Of a stretch of DNA of 64,000 nt, positions 1 through 9,168 are shown one piece after another. The DNA is taken from NCBI GenBank assembly GCA_963709585.1, contig CAVPXI010000015.1, forward strand, positions 64,001-128,000. The letters run 5' to 3'. The translations under genes were made by a program, and so were the position numbers. Each line of letters starts with the position of its first letter. Positions within the stretch are counted from its first letter, which is position 1. The notes beneath the pieces are model-generated. The model ran no database searches. It had not been told where the DNA came from and was given only the letters and a program-made list of their open reading frames with translations. This DNA comes from Candidatus Dormiibacterota bacterium (lineage in GTDB: Bacteria; Chloroflexota; Dormibacteria; Aeolococcales; Aeolococcaceae).

Positions 1-3000
1 CCATTCGGCGAGCTCCACCAGCGTCACACCCAGATCGAATGGCATCCGGAGATCGCGAAACTCCGCGATGGCCGCCGTGAAGCCCGCCTCGACCGAATCG
101 AGGTCACCACGGCGTGCACGGACGCGTGCCCCAAGGCGTGCGACCTGACCGCGAAGCGAGGGCGTGACCAGCCCGGGACTGGCCCGGTGCACCACTCCCA
201 GCATCGCTTCAGCGGCTTCGAGGTCACCGACTTCGAGCGCCGCGTCGACACCCTGCACGATGGCCCGCTTGATACCGATGTCCGTCAACCCAAGGACGGG
301 AAGATGGTCGAGGACCTGCTGGGCCACGGAGAGCGCTTCGCCGCGCTCGCCTTCGGCGTTGAGCAACTCGGCTTCCACACAACCCACCCGGGCCCGGATC
401 TCATCGTTGTGCTCATCGGTGCGCGCCTTCGCCACGTCTAATACCTGGTGGGCAGTCTCGAGGTCGCCTCGGCGGACGTGGATGGGCACCAACTCGCCAA
501 CCCGAACAGACGCCCACTGCATCGCCTCCAGCTCTTCGGCAGCCACAGCCTCATCCGCGAATGCGAGTGCCTCCTCCCAACGGCCCAGCGCGACGAGCGG
601 GGTGACGTTCCCAAGGAGTGCCGTGAGTTCGCTGGCGCGGTCGCCCTTTCGGCGAGCCAGTTCGAGCATCGTCCCGGTCAGCTCGACCACCTCGCGGTAG
701 CGGTCTGAAGCTTCGAGCGACACAGCCAGGTTGTTCCAGGCGCGAAATGCAGCAGTCGTGAAGTCGCCCTCGATCGCCACCGCGAGGGCACGGCGAAGCA
801 AGGTCACCGCCTCATCGGTCCTTCCCTCTCGCGAGATCCAGACTGCCCGGCTGCTCAAGGCCTGGGAGTACACCTCGTGGAGCTCCAGCTGCTCGGCGAG
901 GCGCAGCGCCTCTTCGAGCACCGGGACCGCCTCCTGATTGCCGGCAAGCGCCAGGAACCGCCCGAACTGACCGGCGACCAGAGCATAGGCAGCGTCCGGT
1001 TCGTCGCCGGCGAGCACATGGTGGGCATGTCGCGCACTCTCGATGGCCTGATCGAGGTGGCCCTGTTCGAAGGCGATCGCAGCTATACCCGCCTCCGCGC
1101 GCGCAGCCGGATGGGACTGACCGGCCTCTTCAAAGAGTCGCTTCGCCTCCGTGACGAGCGCCGTCGCCCGTTCCAGGTGCCCCAGCTGGAGTGCCATGCT
1201 GCCGGCGCGTTCCAGCAGCGCAGCGCGTTCTGTCGACGCGACGCTGAGTTCGGCGGCGCGCTCGAAGTACGCGCCGGCCTCGCCGGCGCCGCGAGCGAGG
1301 CGGCTCGCTCACCGGCGCGAACGAGCATTCCGTGGGCAAGGTCGCGGATCTGGGGCGCGTCCTCCGCATCGGGCGCAAGGCGGTGAGCCTCGAGATAATG
1401 CGACGCCACCACCTCGACCACCTCGTCCCCGTCCTCCGATCCCCATGCCACCTGCAGGAACGAGGCAACCCTGAGGTGCATCGCTTTGCGGTCCTTCTTC
1501 GGCAGCGTCTCGTAGGCGACGGTTCGCACCAGGTCCTGCAGGAACCCGTACTGGCCCCGCTCCGGCGAACGGGGGTCCGCCTGGACCGTGAGGACCTCCT
1601 TGGCCACGAGCGCAGCCAGTACGGGCTCGATCTCGCGCTCTGAAAGCCCGGACACCGCAGCGAGCGCCGCCGGCGTGCAGGTCTTGCCGAGCACGGATGC
1701 CTCCTGGGTCAGACGCCGCTCGGTTGCGGTCAGGCCGTCGAGCCGCGCCGCGATCAGGGCGTGGAGCGTCTCCGGGACCTCGAGATCGTCGACCGGACCG
1801 GTGGGGCGATACACCGTGCCCTCCTGGACGAGCAGGTTGCGGTCGATGAGCATGCGAACGGTCTCGACGGCATAGAGCGGCACACCCTCAGCTCGGTCGA
1901 GGATCTTCGCGGTGAGTTCCGCGGGCAATCCGGGCACGAGTCCGGTCAACAGCAGTTGCATGGCGCGTGCGGGCAGCGGTTCCAGTGAGATTGAGGTTGT
2001 GTTGCGCTTTGAGCCCGCTCCCTTCTCGTGGCCGGGGCGCGCCAGCGTCATCACGAAGATCGGAAAGGCGCGCGACCAATTCAGCAGATATTCGATGAAT
2101 TCCAGCAACGACGGGTCCGCCCACTGCAGGTCTTCGAACACCATGACCACAGGGTCGCTGGCGGCCAGGCGCTCGAAGAAGAGACGCCACCCGGCGAATA
2201 GGTCCGACTTGTCGGACGCGGTGCGCTCCTCGAGGCCGAGCAGGTGCGCGAGCCGGGGCTCGACGAATCTCCGGTCGGTCGCGTCCGCCACCGCGTGCTC
2301 CACGGCCTCGCGAAGCTTGATCATGGCCGAGCTCCGGTCCTCACCCTCGGTGATACCCGCACGTCCACGCACCATTTCGGCGAGTGCCCAGTAGGTGACG
2401 CCCTCCCCGTATGCGAGGCAGCGACCGCGATGCCAGCGGAACAGGCGCTGGAGTCCGTCCATGTACTTGAAGAACTCCCAGCTCAACCTGGACTTGCCGA
2501 TGCCGGCGATCCCCGTCACTTGAACGAGATGCGCCCGGCCATCGTCAGCGCTCGCGTGGAAGAGGTCCTTGACCAGCTTGAGCTCCCGCTCGCGCCCGAC
2601 GAAGGGCGGCTCAAGCCCCTCCGATTTCATGAGGCCGCCCACGCCGGCCACGACGCGGTTGGCCTGCCACAGATGCACGGGTTCGGCTTTTCCCTTCAGT
2701 GGATGGACGCCGGCGTCGCGGTACGCGATCGCGGCATCGGTCGCGCGCTTCGTGGACTCGCCGACGAACACGCTGCCCGGCTCTGCCGCGGACTGGATGC
2801 GGGAGGCTGTGTTGACGAGGTCCCCGGCCACCATCCCCTGTCCGATTGCGCCCACGTTGACCGTGGCTTCCCCGGTGAGGACGCCGGCCCTCGCGCGGAG
2901 TTCCGGTGCGCCCGTTTCACGTCCGAGCTGGGTCACCGCATCAACGACCTCGAGCGCGGCGCGGACCGCGCGCTCCGGATCGTCCTCCCGTGCCACCGGG

Positions 3001-3425
3001 GTTCCCCATACCGCCATCACCGCGTCGCCGATGAATTTCTCAACAACGCCGCCGTAACGACCCACGACCGTCTGGCAGGCCTCGAAATACCTGGTGAGAA
3101 GTTCGCGCACCTCCTCGGAATCGCGCGTCTCCGATAGCGTCGTGAAGCCGACGAGGTCGGCAAAGAGCACGGACACATGGCGGCGCTCCGTGCGCGAAGG
3201 GATGGCCGTGGCTGCAGGGCTTGCGGCGGACGTGGCATGCGGTTGCAGACCCACGATTGCGGGAGGCGCCATCGCCGCAAGTGGACCTCCGCAATCGCCA
3301 CAGAACCGCGCCCGAGGTGAGTTGGCAGCCGCGCATGCAGGACACGTCACAGCAAGCGGCGCTCCGCAGTCGCCGCAGAACCGCCGCCCAGTCTCGTTTT
3401 CACCGCCACAGTTGGCGCAGATCAC
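1..3425 (-). CDS. Double zinc-ribbon + class III adenylate/guanylate cyclase + AAA/STAND ATPase + TPR protein (frameshift ~1285; runs off the window edge)
   Basis: CANCG..FCGDCG..CPACA..FCGDCG ribbons; VLFADLVGFT, KFIGDAVMAVWG and GDLVNTASRIQ cyclase motifs; Walker A GIAGIGKS. A TPR-like helical frame (GEAGAYFERAAEL...) continues to base 1 after a 1-nt shift. RBS GAGAGGAG before the GTG. Confidence 0.9.
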
Positions 3426-3595
3426 CGGCGGCTCCTCTCAATTGACTAGCTGGGTCGAAGCCTACGACTTCGCGTCTTGTCGCGCCATTGTCGCCTGTCG
3501 TGGGTCTCTTTCCCGACAGGCCGCGGATACCGCCGCCCCGGAATACGGCAGAATTCGGTGACCCCCAACTTGCGCGACGAAGACTGGGAAACCAC

Positions 3596-4126
3596 ATGAA
3601 CCTTCGGGAAGTCCAGAAACCCCTCAAGGATCACTATCGGGAGGATCCGGCTTCGTCGCGGATCACGCTCGTCGCGCGGGGCGGTCAGGGCGATGCGCCG
3701 ATTGCCTGCTCAGTCGACCTCGGCCGGACGATTTATGAAGCACAGGCGCACGCTGGGGTGGGTGGCGCCGGGACGGCCGCCTGTTCCGGCGACCTGCTCC
3801 TCGGCGCACTGGCCGCGTGTGCCCAGATCACGTGTCAGATGGTTGCGGCGTCGATGGAGCTGCCGGTCGAGCAGGTCCTCGTCACCGTTGAAGGCGATCT
3901 CGACCTCAGGGGGACGCTCGGTCTGGTGCGCGATGTCCCTGTCGGATTCGAAGCGATCCGGGTTCGCTTCGATATCACCGCGCCGGCTGCGAGCCAGTCG
4001 CAGGTGGACGCGCTGATTGAAAAGACGGAGCGCTACTGCGTCGTACTGCAGACACTCACGACTCCCCCCTCGATCGAGGCAAGCGTCGTGACTAGCGTTG
4101 CCGGAGCGAGTACTGTCGGTGCGTGA
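3596..4126 (+). CDS. OsmC/Ohr family protein
   Basis: ACSGDLLLGALAAC and TERYCVVLQTL motifs; VEGDLDLRGTLG. Confidence 0.9.
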   Translation: MNLREVQKPLKDHYREDPASSRITLVARGGQGDAPIACSVDLGRTIYEAQAHAGVGGAGTAACSGDLLLGALAACAQITCQMVAASMELPVEQVLVTVEGDLDLRGTLGLVRDVPVGFEAIRVRFDITAPAASQSQVDALIEKTERYCVVLQTLTTPPSIEASVVTSVAGASTVGA

Positions 4127-4238
4127 TTCGGGGGCGATATCGGAGGAGCACTCATGCCGGGCGCGTCCTCCCGGAGGAGCTATTGGCCCAGTACTGGCCC
4201 AGCGAAATCGAAATTGACGCCACAGCAACGAAGTCGAG

Positions 4239-4322
4239 TGCCGAGGAAGGGAATCGAACCCTTACGCCCTTACGAGCACAGCGCCCTGAACGCTGCGTGT
4301 CTACCAGTTCCACCACCTCGGC
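4239..4322 (-). tRNA. tRNA-Leu (anticodon CAG)
   Basis: Reverse complement GCCGAGGTGGTGGAACTGGTAGACACGCAGCGTTCAGGGCGCTGTGCTCGTAAGGGCGTAAGGGTTCGATTCCCTTCCTCGGCA. Acceptor stem, anticodon arm CAGCG-TTCAGGG-CGCTG, long variable arm and TTCGA T-loop are present; CCA is not encoded. Confidence 0.97.
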
Positions 4323-4368
4323 AAGGTGCTCGGAGATGGTATCAGCGGCTGCAGCCAGTGCCCACCGG

Positions 4369-5950
4369 CTACGGCAGTTGCCAAGAGGCGATGTCGTCAT
4401 ATCGCGCGGCCTCAGGTCCGATCGAGGGCAGCGGGGCGGTCGGAGCGGGTGATCTGAAGACGACCGAGACCCTGGGCGTGTACAGGAAGACAGCCGGGGC
4501 ATCGTCGGCAATGAGCGCCGCGACCTGTGCAGCAGCGGCGATCCGAACGGCTCGATCCGGAGACTCGGCGAGCATATCCAGTGCCGCATCAAGGAACGGG
4601 TCGGCGGTGCCGCCTGATACGTAGTAGCCGTGCGGCGGCGCGGCGTTGGATCGCCAGAAGGCGCTGATATCGGGATCCGGCACCGGGTTCCACTCATCGA
4701 TCGCCAGCTGGAACTGGCCGCTGTACAAGGTGCCGCTCAGAAAGCTCTGCGGTGGCGCGGTGGTCACGGTGACCGCGACGCCGACTGCTGCCAGCTGCGA
4801 TGCGACCTCGCGCGCGACCAGGGGCAGAGGGTTGATGTCCGGCACGGTCAGCGTGAACGCGAGTTGGGTCGGCCCGCGGTGGCGGACGCCACCCGGACCG
4901 GCAACCCATCCGTTGGCCTGCAGCACCGACGCCGCCACAGTCGGCGAGCTCACGTCGACGGTCGGGGAGGCCACCCACGGGATACCCGCCGAGAACGGAC
5001 CGGTCTGGATCGTGCCGTCCCGGCCGTCGAGCGCGCCGGCAACGACCGCGGAGCGATTGACGGCGACGTCGATGGCGTGACGCACGACCGAGTTGGCCAG
5101 GGCCGGGTCGCGCTCGTTGAACATCAGGTCGACGAACTCGGGGGTGGTCATGCTCTCCGCTTGCGCGCCCTTGACGGTCAGGAGAGTCGACAGCTCGGCG
5201 GGCGTCGTGGCGAGGAGCGCGTCGATGCTCCCGTGCGAAAACGCATAGGCTGCATCGGCAAACGTGACGAAGAGACGCAACTCGTAGCTCTTGATGCTCG
5301 GCCTGGCGGGCGCGTGAGCGTTGGGCTGCAGCACGATCGCCAGGGCCGCGGTCGACTCCACGTCGTACGGACCCGAGGTCGGCAGCGGCACAGTGGGATG
5401 CGTCGCCGCTGCGAGCAGTGCCGGTCCGCTCATCGCACCCAACGGAAGAATCGGCATCTGGGTCAGCGTCGCCGCAAATGACGCCCGGGGTGCCGGCAAC
5501 GTGAACGCGATCGTGGATTGCCCGGCGGCGATCTTGACGCCGCGGAGCGCTGCCGCCAGGGTTGTGTCGCTCGCCTCGGTCGAGAGCGCGAAATGTTCCG
5601 TGGCCGCGACGTCGGCGACCGTGATCGGTGCGCCGTTGGACCACTCGAGGTTCGCGGGGAGGACCACCGTATACACGAGTCCGCTCGGACTCACCGTGTA
5701 CGAACTCGGCGAGATCGGCCGTCGGGTACCCGGTGCGGTCGAGTTTGAGCAGTGAGCGGTACAGCAGGTGGCCGACATCGACGACCGCCGGATCGGATGC
5801 GCCGATGAGTGGGTTCAGCGACATCGGGCGCTCGCTCACCACCAGGCCCTCGGTGAACTGCGGGCCGCCGATCAGCCCGAAATGCAGCGAGAGCGCAAAC
5901 CCAAGTGCGCCAACCCCGAGCAGCCCGAGCGTCGTCCCGGCGACAACCTC
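4369..5950 (-). CDS. Peptide/nickel ABC transporter substrate-binding protein, family 5 (frameshift ~5705; start uncertain)
   Basis: N-terminal TM plus SLNPLIG..LLYRSLLKLD..DLAE in one frame; SYTVSPSGLVYT..WSNGAPITVADV, VRHAIDVAVNR and DDAPAVFLY in the next frame. Confidence 0.8.
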
Positions 5951-5976
5951 AATCGGCCGGTGCCGACGGAGCCACC

Positions 5977-6210
5977 TTACTTGGTGACGTAAGTGGCGAG
6001 AACCGAGACGACGACGAACAGCGCGATCATCGCTGCCGAGAACCGCAGCAGGCTGGCTTCCAACCCGCGCCGGCGCCGGTACCCGCCGCCCGAGTCTCCT
6101 CCACCACCGATCGTTCCGCCGAGACCGGTCGACTTCGGGGTCTGGAGAAGGATGCCAAGGATCGCGAGGACCCCGATCACCACCTGGACCACGGCGAGAA
6201 CCGTCTTCAC
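5977..6210 (-). CDS. secG: Preprotein translocase subunit SecG
   Basis: 77 aa with two TM helices, ILLQTPKSTGLGGTIGGG and RRGLE motifs; AAGGAGG RBS before GTG. Confidence 0.93.
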   Translation of the reverse strand: MKTVLAVVQVVIGVLAILGILLQTPKSTGLGGTIGGGGDSGGGYRRRRGLEASLLRFSAAMIALFVVVSVLATYVTK

Positions 6211-6348
6211 GCAACAACGCCTCCTTGCCAATGCATCGGGCCGAGTATAGGTGGATCGGCGCGATCGGTTCCCCGGTGGCACTCCGCGACGCCCACTCCT
6301 ATCTACGCTGTCGTGTGGTACTGTGTCCACGAAATGTACGGATTGCGT

Positions 6349-7398
6349 ATGTCATCGGGGTCGCTCTGGCGCTGCGCGCTCGCTGCGCTGGCGGCCGCCG
6401 TGGTGGTGGTCGGATGTGCGCAGATCCAGGCATCGGCCGTGCCGCCGCCGACCCCGGCACCCCTTCTCGGACCCGCACCCCCGGTCCTGGTCGGAGCCGA
6501 TGAGGTGGTCTTGCTCCGCAGCGGGCCGGCGACGTTTGCCCGCCTCGAGTTGCTGATCAATGCAGCCCGCGTGAGCGTCCACGTCGAGATCTACGAGTTC
6601 GGCCGGCGAGGGCTCGCGGATGCACTCATCGCAGCGAAATCGAGGGGTGTTTCGGTGACCGTCATCGACGATCCTTCCGAGTTGAGCAGCGTCGCGACTG
6701 CCGCCCTGCTGCGCGCCGCCGGCATCGACGTCGTCGACTACCCGGTCCGCAAGATGATGATCGACCACGTCAAGCTCCTCGTCGTCGACGCGGCTGTTGC
6801 GGTCGTCGGTGGCATCAACTGGGGGGTGAGCTCGCCGGCCAATCACGACTACGACGCAGAGGTGCGCGGTCCGGTGGTGCACAACCTGGATCGTGTCTTC
6901 GCTCGCGACCTGGTCACCTGCGGACGCACCGTGCGAGTGCCGGATCGGGTCGCCGATGCATCGATCGATGTGGCGGCGACCCTGCCGGGCGCCGAAATTC
7001 GCCCGCTCGCCATGGGGCTCATCGATGCCGCCCAGCACACCCTCGACCTCGAGCTGTTCGTCCTCACCGACACCGGGGTCGTTCACGCACTCGAGGCGGC
7101 CGCGCTCCGTGGTGTCGCGGTCCGGGTGCTGCTCGACCCGTCGCAGCCCTCGAGCGACCCCTCCTACGCCGCGCTGCGCAGCGACGGGATCCAGATCCGG
7201 TGGTATCGGAGTCGCGGCGAGCTGCTCCACGCCAAGGCGATCGTCGCCGACGCGACCTCGATCCTCTTCGGGAGCGCCAACTGGTCCGGGGGCGGCTTCG
7301 CGCGCAACCACGAACTCGATATCGACCTGATCTCGGCGCCGGTCGTCGCCGGCGAGATGCTCGCCCAGATGAACCTTGATTGGGCTGCAAGCGCCTGA
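6349..7398 (+). CDS. Phospholipase D family lipoprotein (two HKD motifs)
   Basis: HVKLLVVD..GGINW and HAKAIVAD..GSANWS; lipobox-like VVVGC after a hydrophobic stretch. Confidence 0.88.
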   Translation: MSSGSLWRCALAALAAAVVVVGCAQIQASAVPPPTPAPLLGPAPPVLVGADEVVLLRSGPATFARLELLINAARVSVHVEIYEFGRRGLADALIAAKSRGVSVTVIDDPSELSSVATAALLRAAGIDVVDYPVRKMMIDHVKLLVVDAAVAVVGGINWGVSSPANHDYDAEVRGPVVHNLDRVFARDLVTCGRTVRVPDRVADASIDVAATLPGAEIRPLAMGLIDAAQHTLDLELFVLTDTGVVHALEAAALRGVAVRVLLDPSQPSSDPSYAALRSDGIQIRWYRSRGELLHAKAIVADATSILFGSANWSGGGFARNHELDIDLISAPVVAGEMLAQMNLDWAASA

Positions 7399-7406
7399 AG
7401 CCCCAT

Positions 7407-7435
7407 TTGACAAGCGACCGGTCTCGATATATCGT
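7407..7435 (+). promoter_or_regulatory. Sigma70-type promoter of the PadR gene with overlapping palindrome CGATATATCG
   Basis: TTGACA (7407-7412), 17 bp, TATCGT (7430-7435); perfect palindrome at 7425-7434. Confidence 0.7.
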
Positions 7436-7471
7436 TGGTGCATCGAATCAGCCGCAATGGAGCGAACCGAC

Positions 7472-8155
7472 ATGACCCGAGAACGATCCCGTCCAATCCC
7501 CCACGACGAGTGGGCGCACACCGGCCATGATGCCGCCGCGCGCTTCCACCACCACGTCCGCGAGCACCTCGAGCAGGGCGGTCGGAACCGTCACCGCCGG
7601 GGATGGCCGCCATTCGACGCCCCTGACTTCGCGGCCGGCTTCGGGGGTCCCGGAGGCTTCGGTCAGCCGTTCGGACCCGGCAGGCGCGCCGCACGTGGTG
7701 ACGTGCGAGCTGCGATCCTCGTCCTCCTGGCGGAGAAGCCATCGCACGGCTACCAGATCATCCAGGAGCTCGAGCGTCGCAGCGACGGCGCCTGGCGAGC
7801 GAGTCCCGGCTCCGTGTACCCAACCCTCCAGCAGCTCGAGGACGAAGGCCTCGTCCGTGCCGTCGAGGCTGATGGCGGTCGCCGCGTCTTCGAGCTCACC
7901 GACACCGGCCGCGAGGAGTTGGCCAAGCTCGCCGCCGGCCCCGCACCCTGGGCGGAGGCAGCGGGTTCGATGGGCGGCGGTCATCGGGATCTCCGTGATC
8001 AGGCCTTCCAATTGCTCGCGGCCACCTGGCAGGTCAGCCGCACCGGAGATGCAGCCCACATCGCCCAGGCGCACACCATCCTTCGCGACGCCCGCCGCAA
8101 GCTCTATCTGCTCCTGGCGGGGAGCGAATCGCCGTCCGAAAAGACCGAGGACTGA
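7472..8155 (+). CDS. PadR family transcriptional regulator
   Basis: RGDVRAAILVLLAEKPSHGYQIIQEL..SPGSVYPTLQQLEDEGLV; His/Gly-rich N-terminus. Confidence 0.93.
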   Translation: MTRERSRPIPHDEWAHTGHDAAARFHHHVREHLEQGGRNRHRRGWPPFDAPDFAAGFGGPGGFGQPFGPGRRAARGDVRAAILVLLAEKPSHGYQIIQELERRSDGAWRASPGSVYPTLQQLEDEGLVRAVEADGGRRVFELTDTGREELAKLAAGPAPWAEAAGSMGGGHRDLRDQAFQLLAATWQVSRTGDAAHIAQAHTILRDARRKLYLLLAGSESPSEKTED

Positions 8156-8194
8156 CGACAGGCACCTGTCGCCGCGGTCATCGACGATGGGCAC

Positions 8195-8345
8195 ATGCCA
8201 CAGCAGGCGATCATCGACGCCGCGACACGCTTCCTCCGGAGCAACCCCGAGCTGCTCGAGGTTGCTCGTCGCGGTGCCGGTGAGACGGGGCGCGGAGTTC
8301 GAGGAGCTCCTGACCGACGCGGTCCGCCGGATCCGGAGGTCAGGT
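8195..8345 (+). CDS. Possible small hypothetical protein (apparent frameshift at GGGG ~8290; end uncertain)
   Basis: MPQQAIIDAATRFLRSNPELLEVARRGAGETG continues plausibly as AEFEELLTDAVRRIR in the shifted frame. Confidence 0.3.
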
Positions 8346-9158
8346 TTCGAAGCGGTAACGAAGGAACAGGTGATCGTCGGACCGCCGCACCGACTCGACC
8401 GCCGCCCTGCGCAGTTCGGCGGGAGCCGCCGCCCACCCGTCGACGACGCCAGGCCGCGGCTGGTCGTGGTCTCGCCCGGCCACCCGAGGGGAGACGGTCA
8501 GGAACAGCTCCTGCACCGCTCGATCCGCGAGCAGGCGGCCGAACAGTGACGGCCCGCCCTCGCAGAGGAGCAGCCCCGGGCCGAGCGCGGAGCTCACTGC
8601 CGCCACGATGCCGGCCCCGCTGATCCCGCCCGCTTCGCCGGCCTCGATCACGGTCACTCGCGGATGCTCGGCGCGAACCTTGACCGCTCCCTGAGCCGAG
8701 GTGACCACCGCGACACTGGTCGCCGGGCGGTCGAGGGCGACGTGCGCGGGGAGATCTCCACCCGCCGACACCACAACCAACGGCGCCGGCTCGGTGGCAC
8801 CGCTTCGTTGAAAGCGAAATGCTTCGATCGCCGGAGCATCGTCACCGGCCACCGCGGCGGGCGTCCACTGGTGACCTGGGGTGGCTCGCAGATTGCCGGC
8901 GCCAATGACCACGGCGTCGGCGCTGGCGCGGAGCAAAGCCATGAGGTATCGATCGGCCCGCGACCTCCCGCTCAGAGTCGTCGAATCGGTCCCGTCGGTC
9001 AGCCCCAGCGAGGTGACGCCGTCGATGGAGGCGACGAAGTTCGCGACCACGTACGGCCGCGGCGACGCCGGGAATCGCAGCGCTCCGCCGTAGGCTATTT
9101 CGGCGTCCAGCGGTGCACCGGCACGCGCGTCGCTCAGGACCTCGAAGACAGGCGACAG
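8340..9158 (-). CDS. RibD C-terminal domain / dihydrofolate reductase-like protein
   Basis: PYVVANFVASIDG, LRASADAVVIGAGNLR, LLCEGGPSLFG, ELFLTVSP; the frame extends upstream to a CTG behind GAGGAG. Confidence 0.85.
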   Translation of the reverse strand: MSPVFEVLSDARAGAPLDAEIAYGGALRFPASPRPYVVANFVASIDGVTSLGLTDGTDSTTLSGRSRADRYLMALLRASADAVVIGAGNLRATPGHQWTPAAVAGDDAPAIEAFRFQRSGATEPAPLVVVSAGGDLPAHVALDRPATSVAVVTSAQGAVKVRAEHPRVTVIEAGEAGGISGAGIVAAVSSALGPGLLLCEGGPSLFGRLLADRAVQELFLTVSPRVAGRDHDQPRPGVVDGWAAAPAELRRAAVESVRRSDDHLFLRYRFET

Positions 9159-9168
9159 GGTCAGCTCC

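Noticed and set aside
4130-4322. tRNA-Leu as an integration site for an island
   Set aside because: No integrase nearby, and I saw no duplicate of the tRNA 3' end in the window.
5905-7398. Phospholipase D as an anti-phage nuclease
   Set aside because: It has a lipobox and housekeeping neighbours, with no helicase, methylase or other defence gene adjacent.
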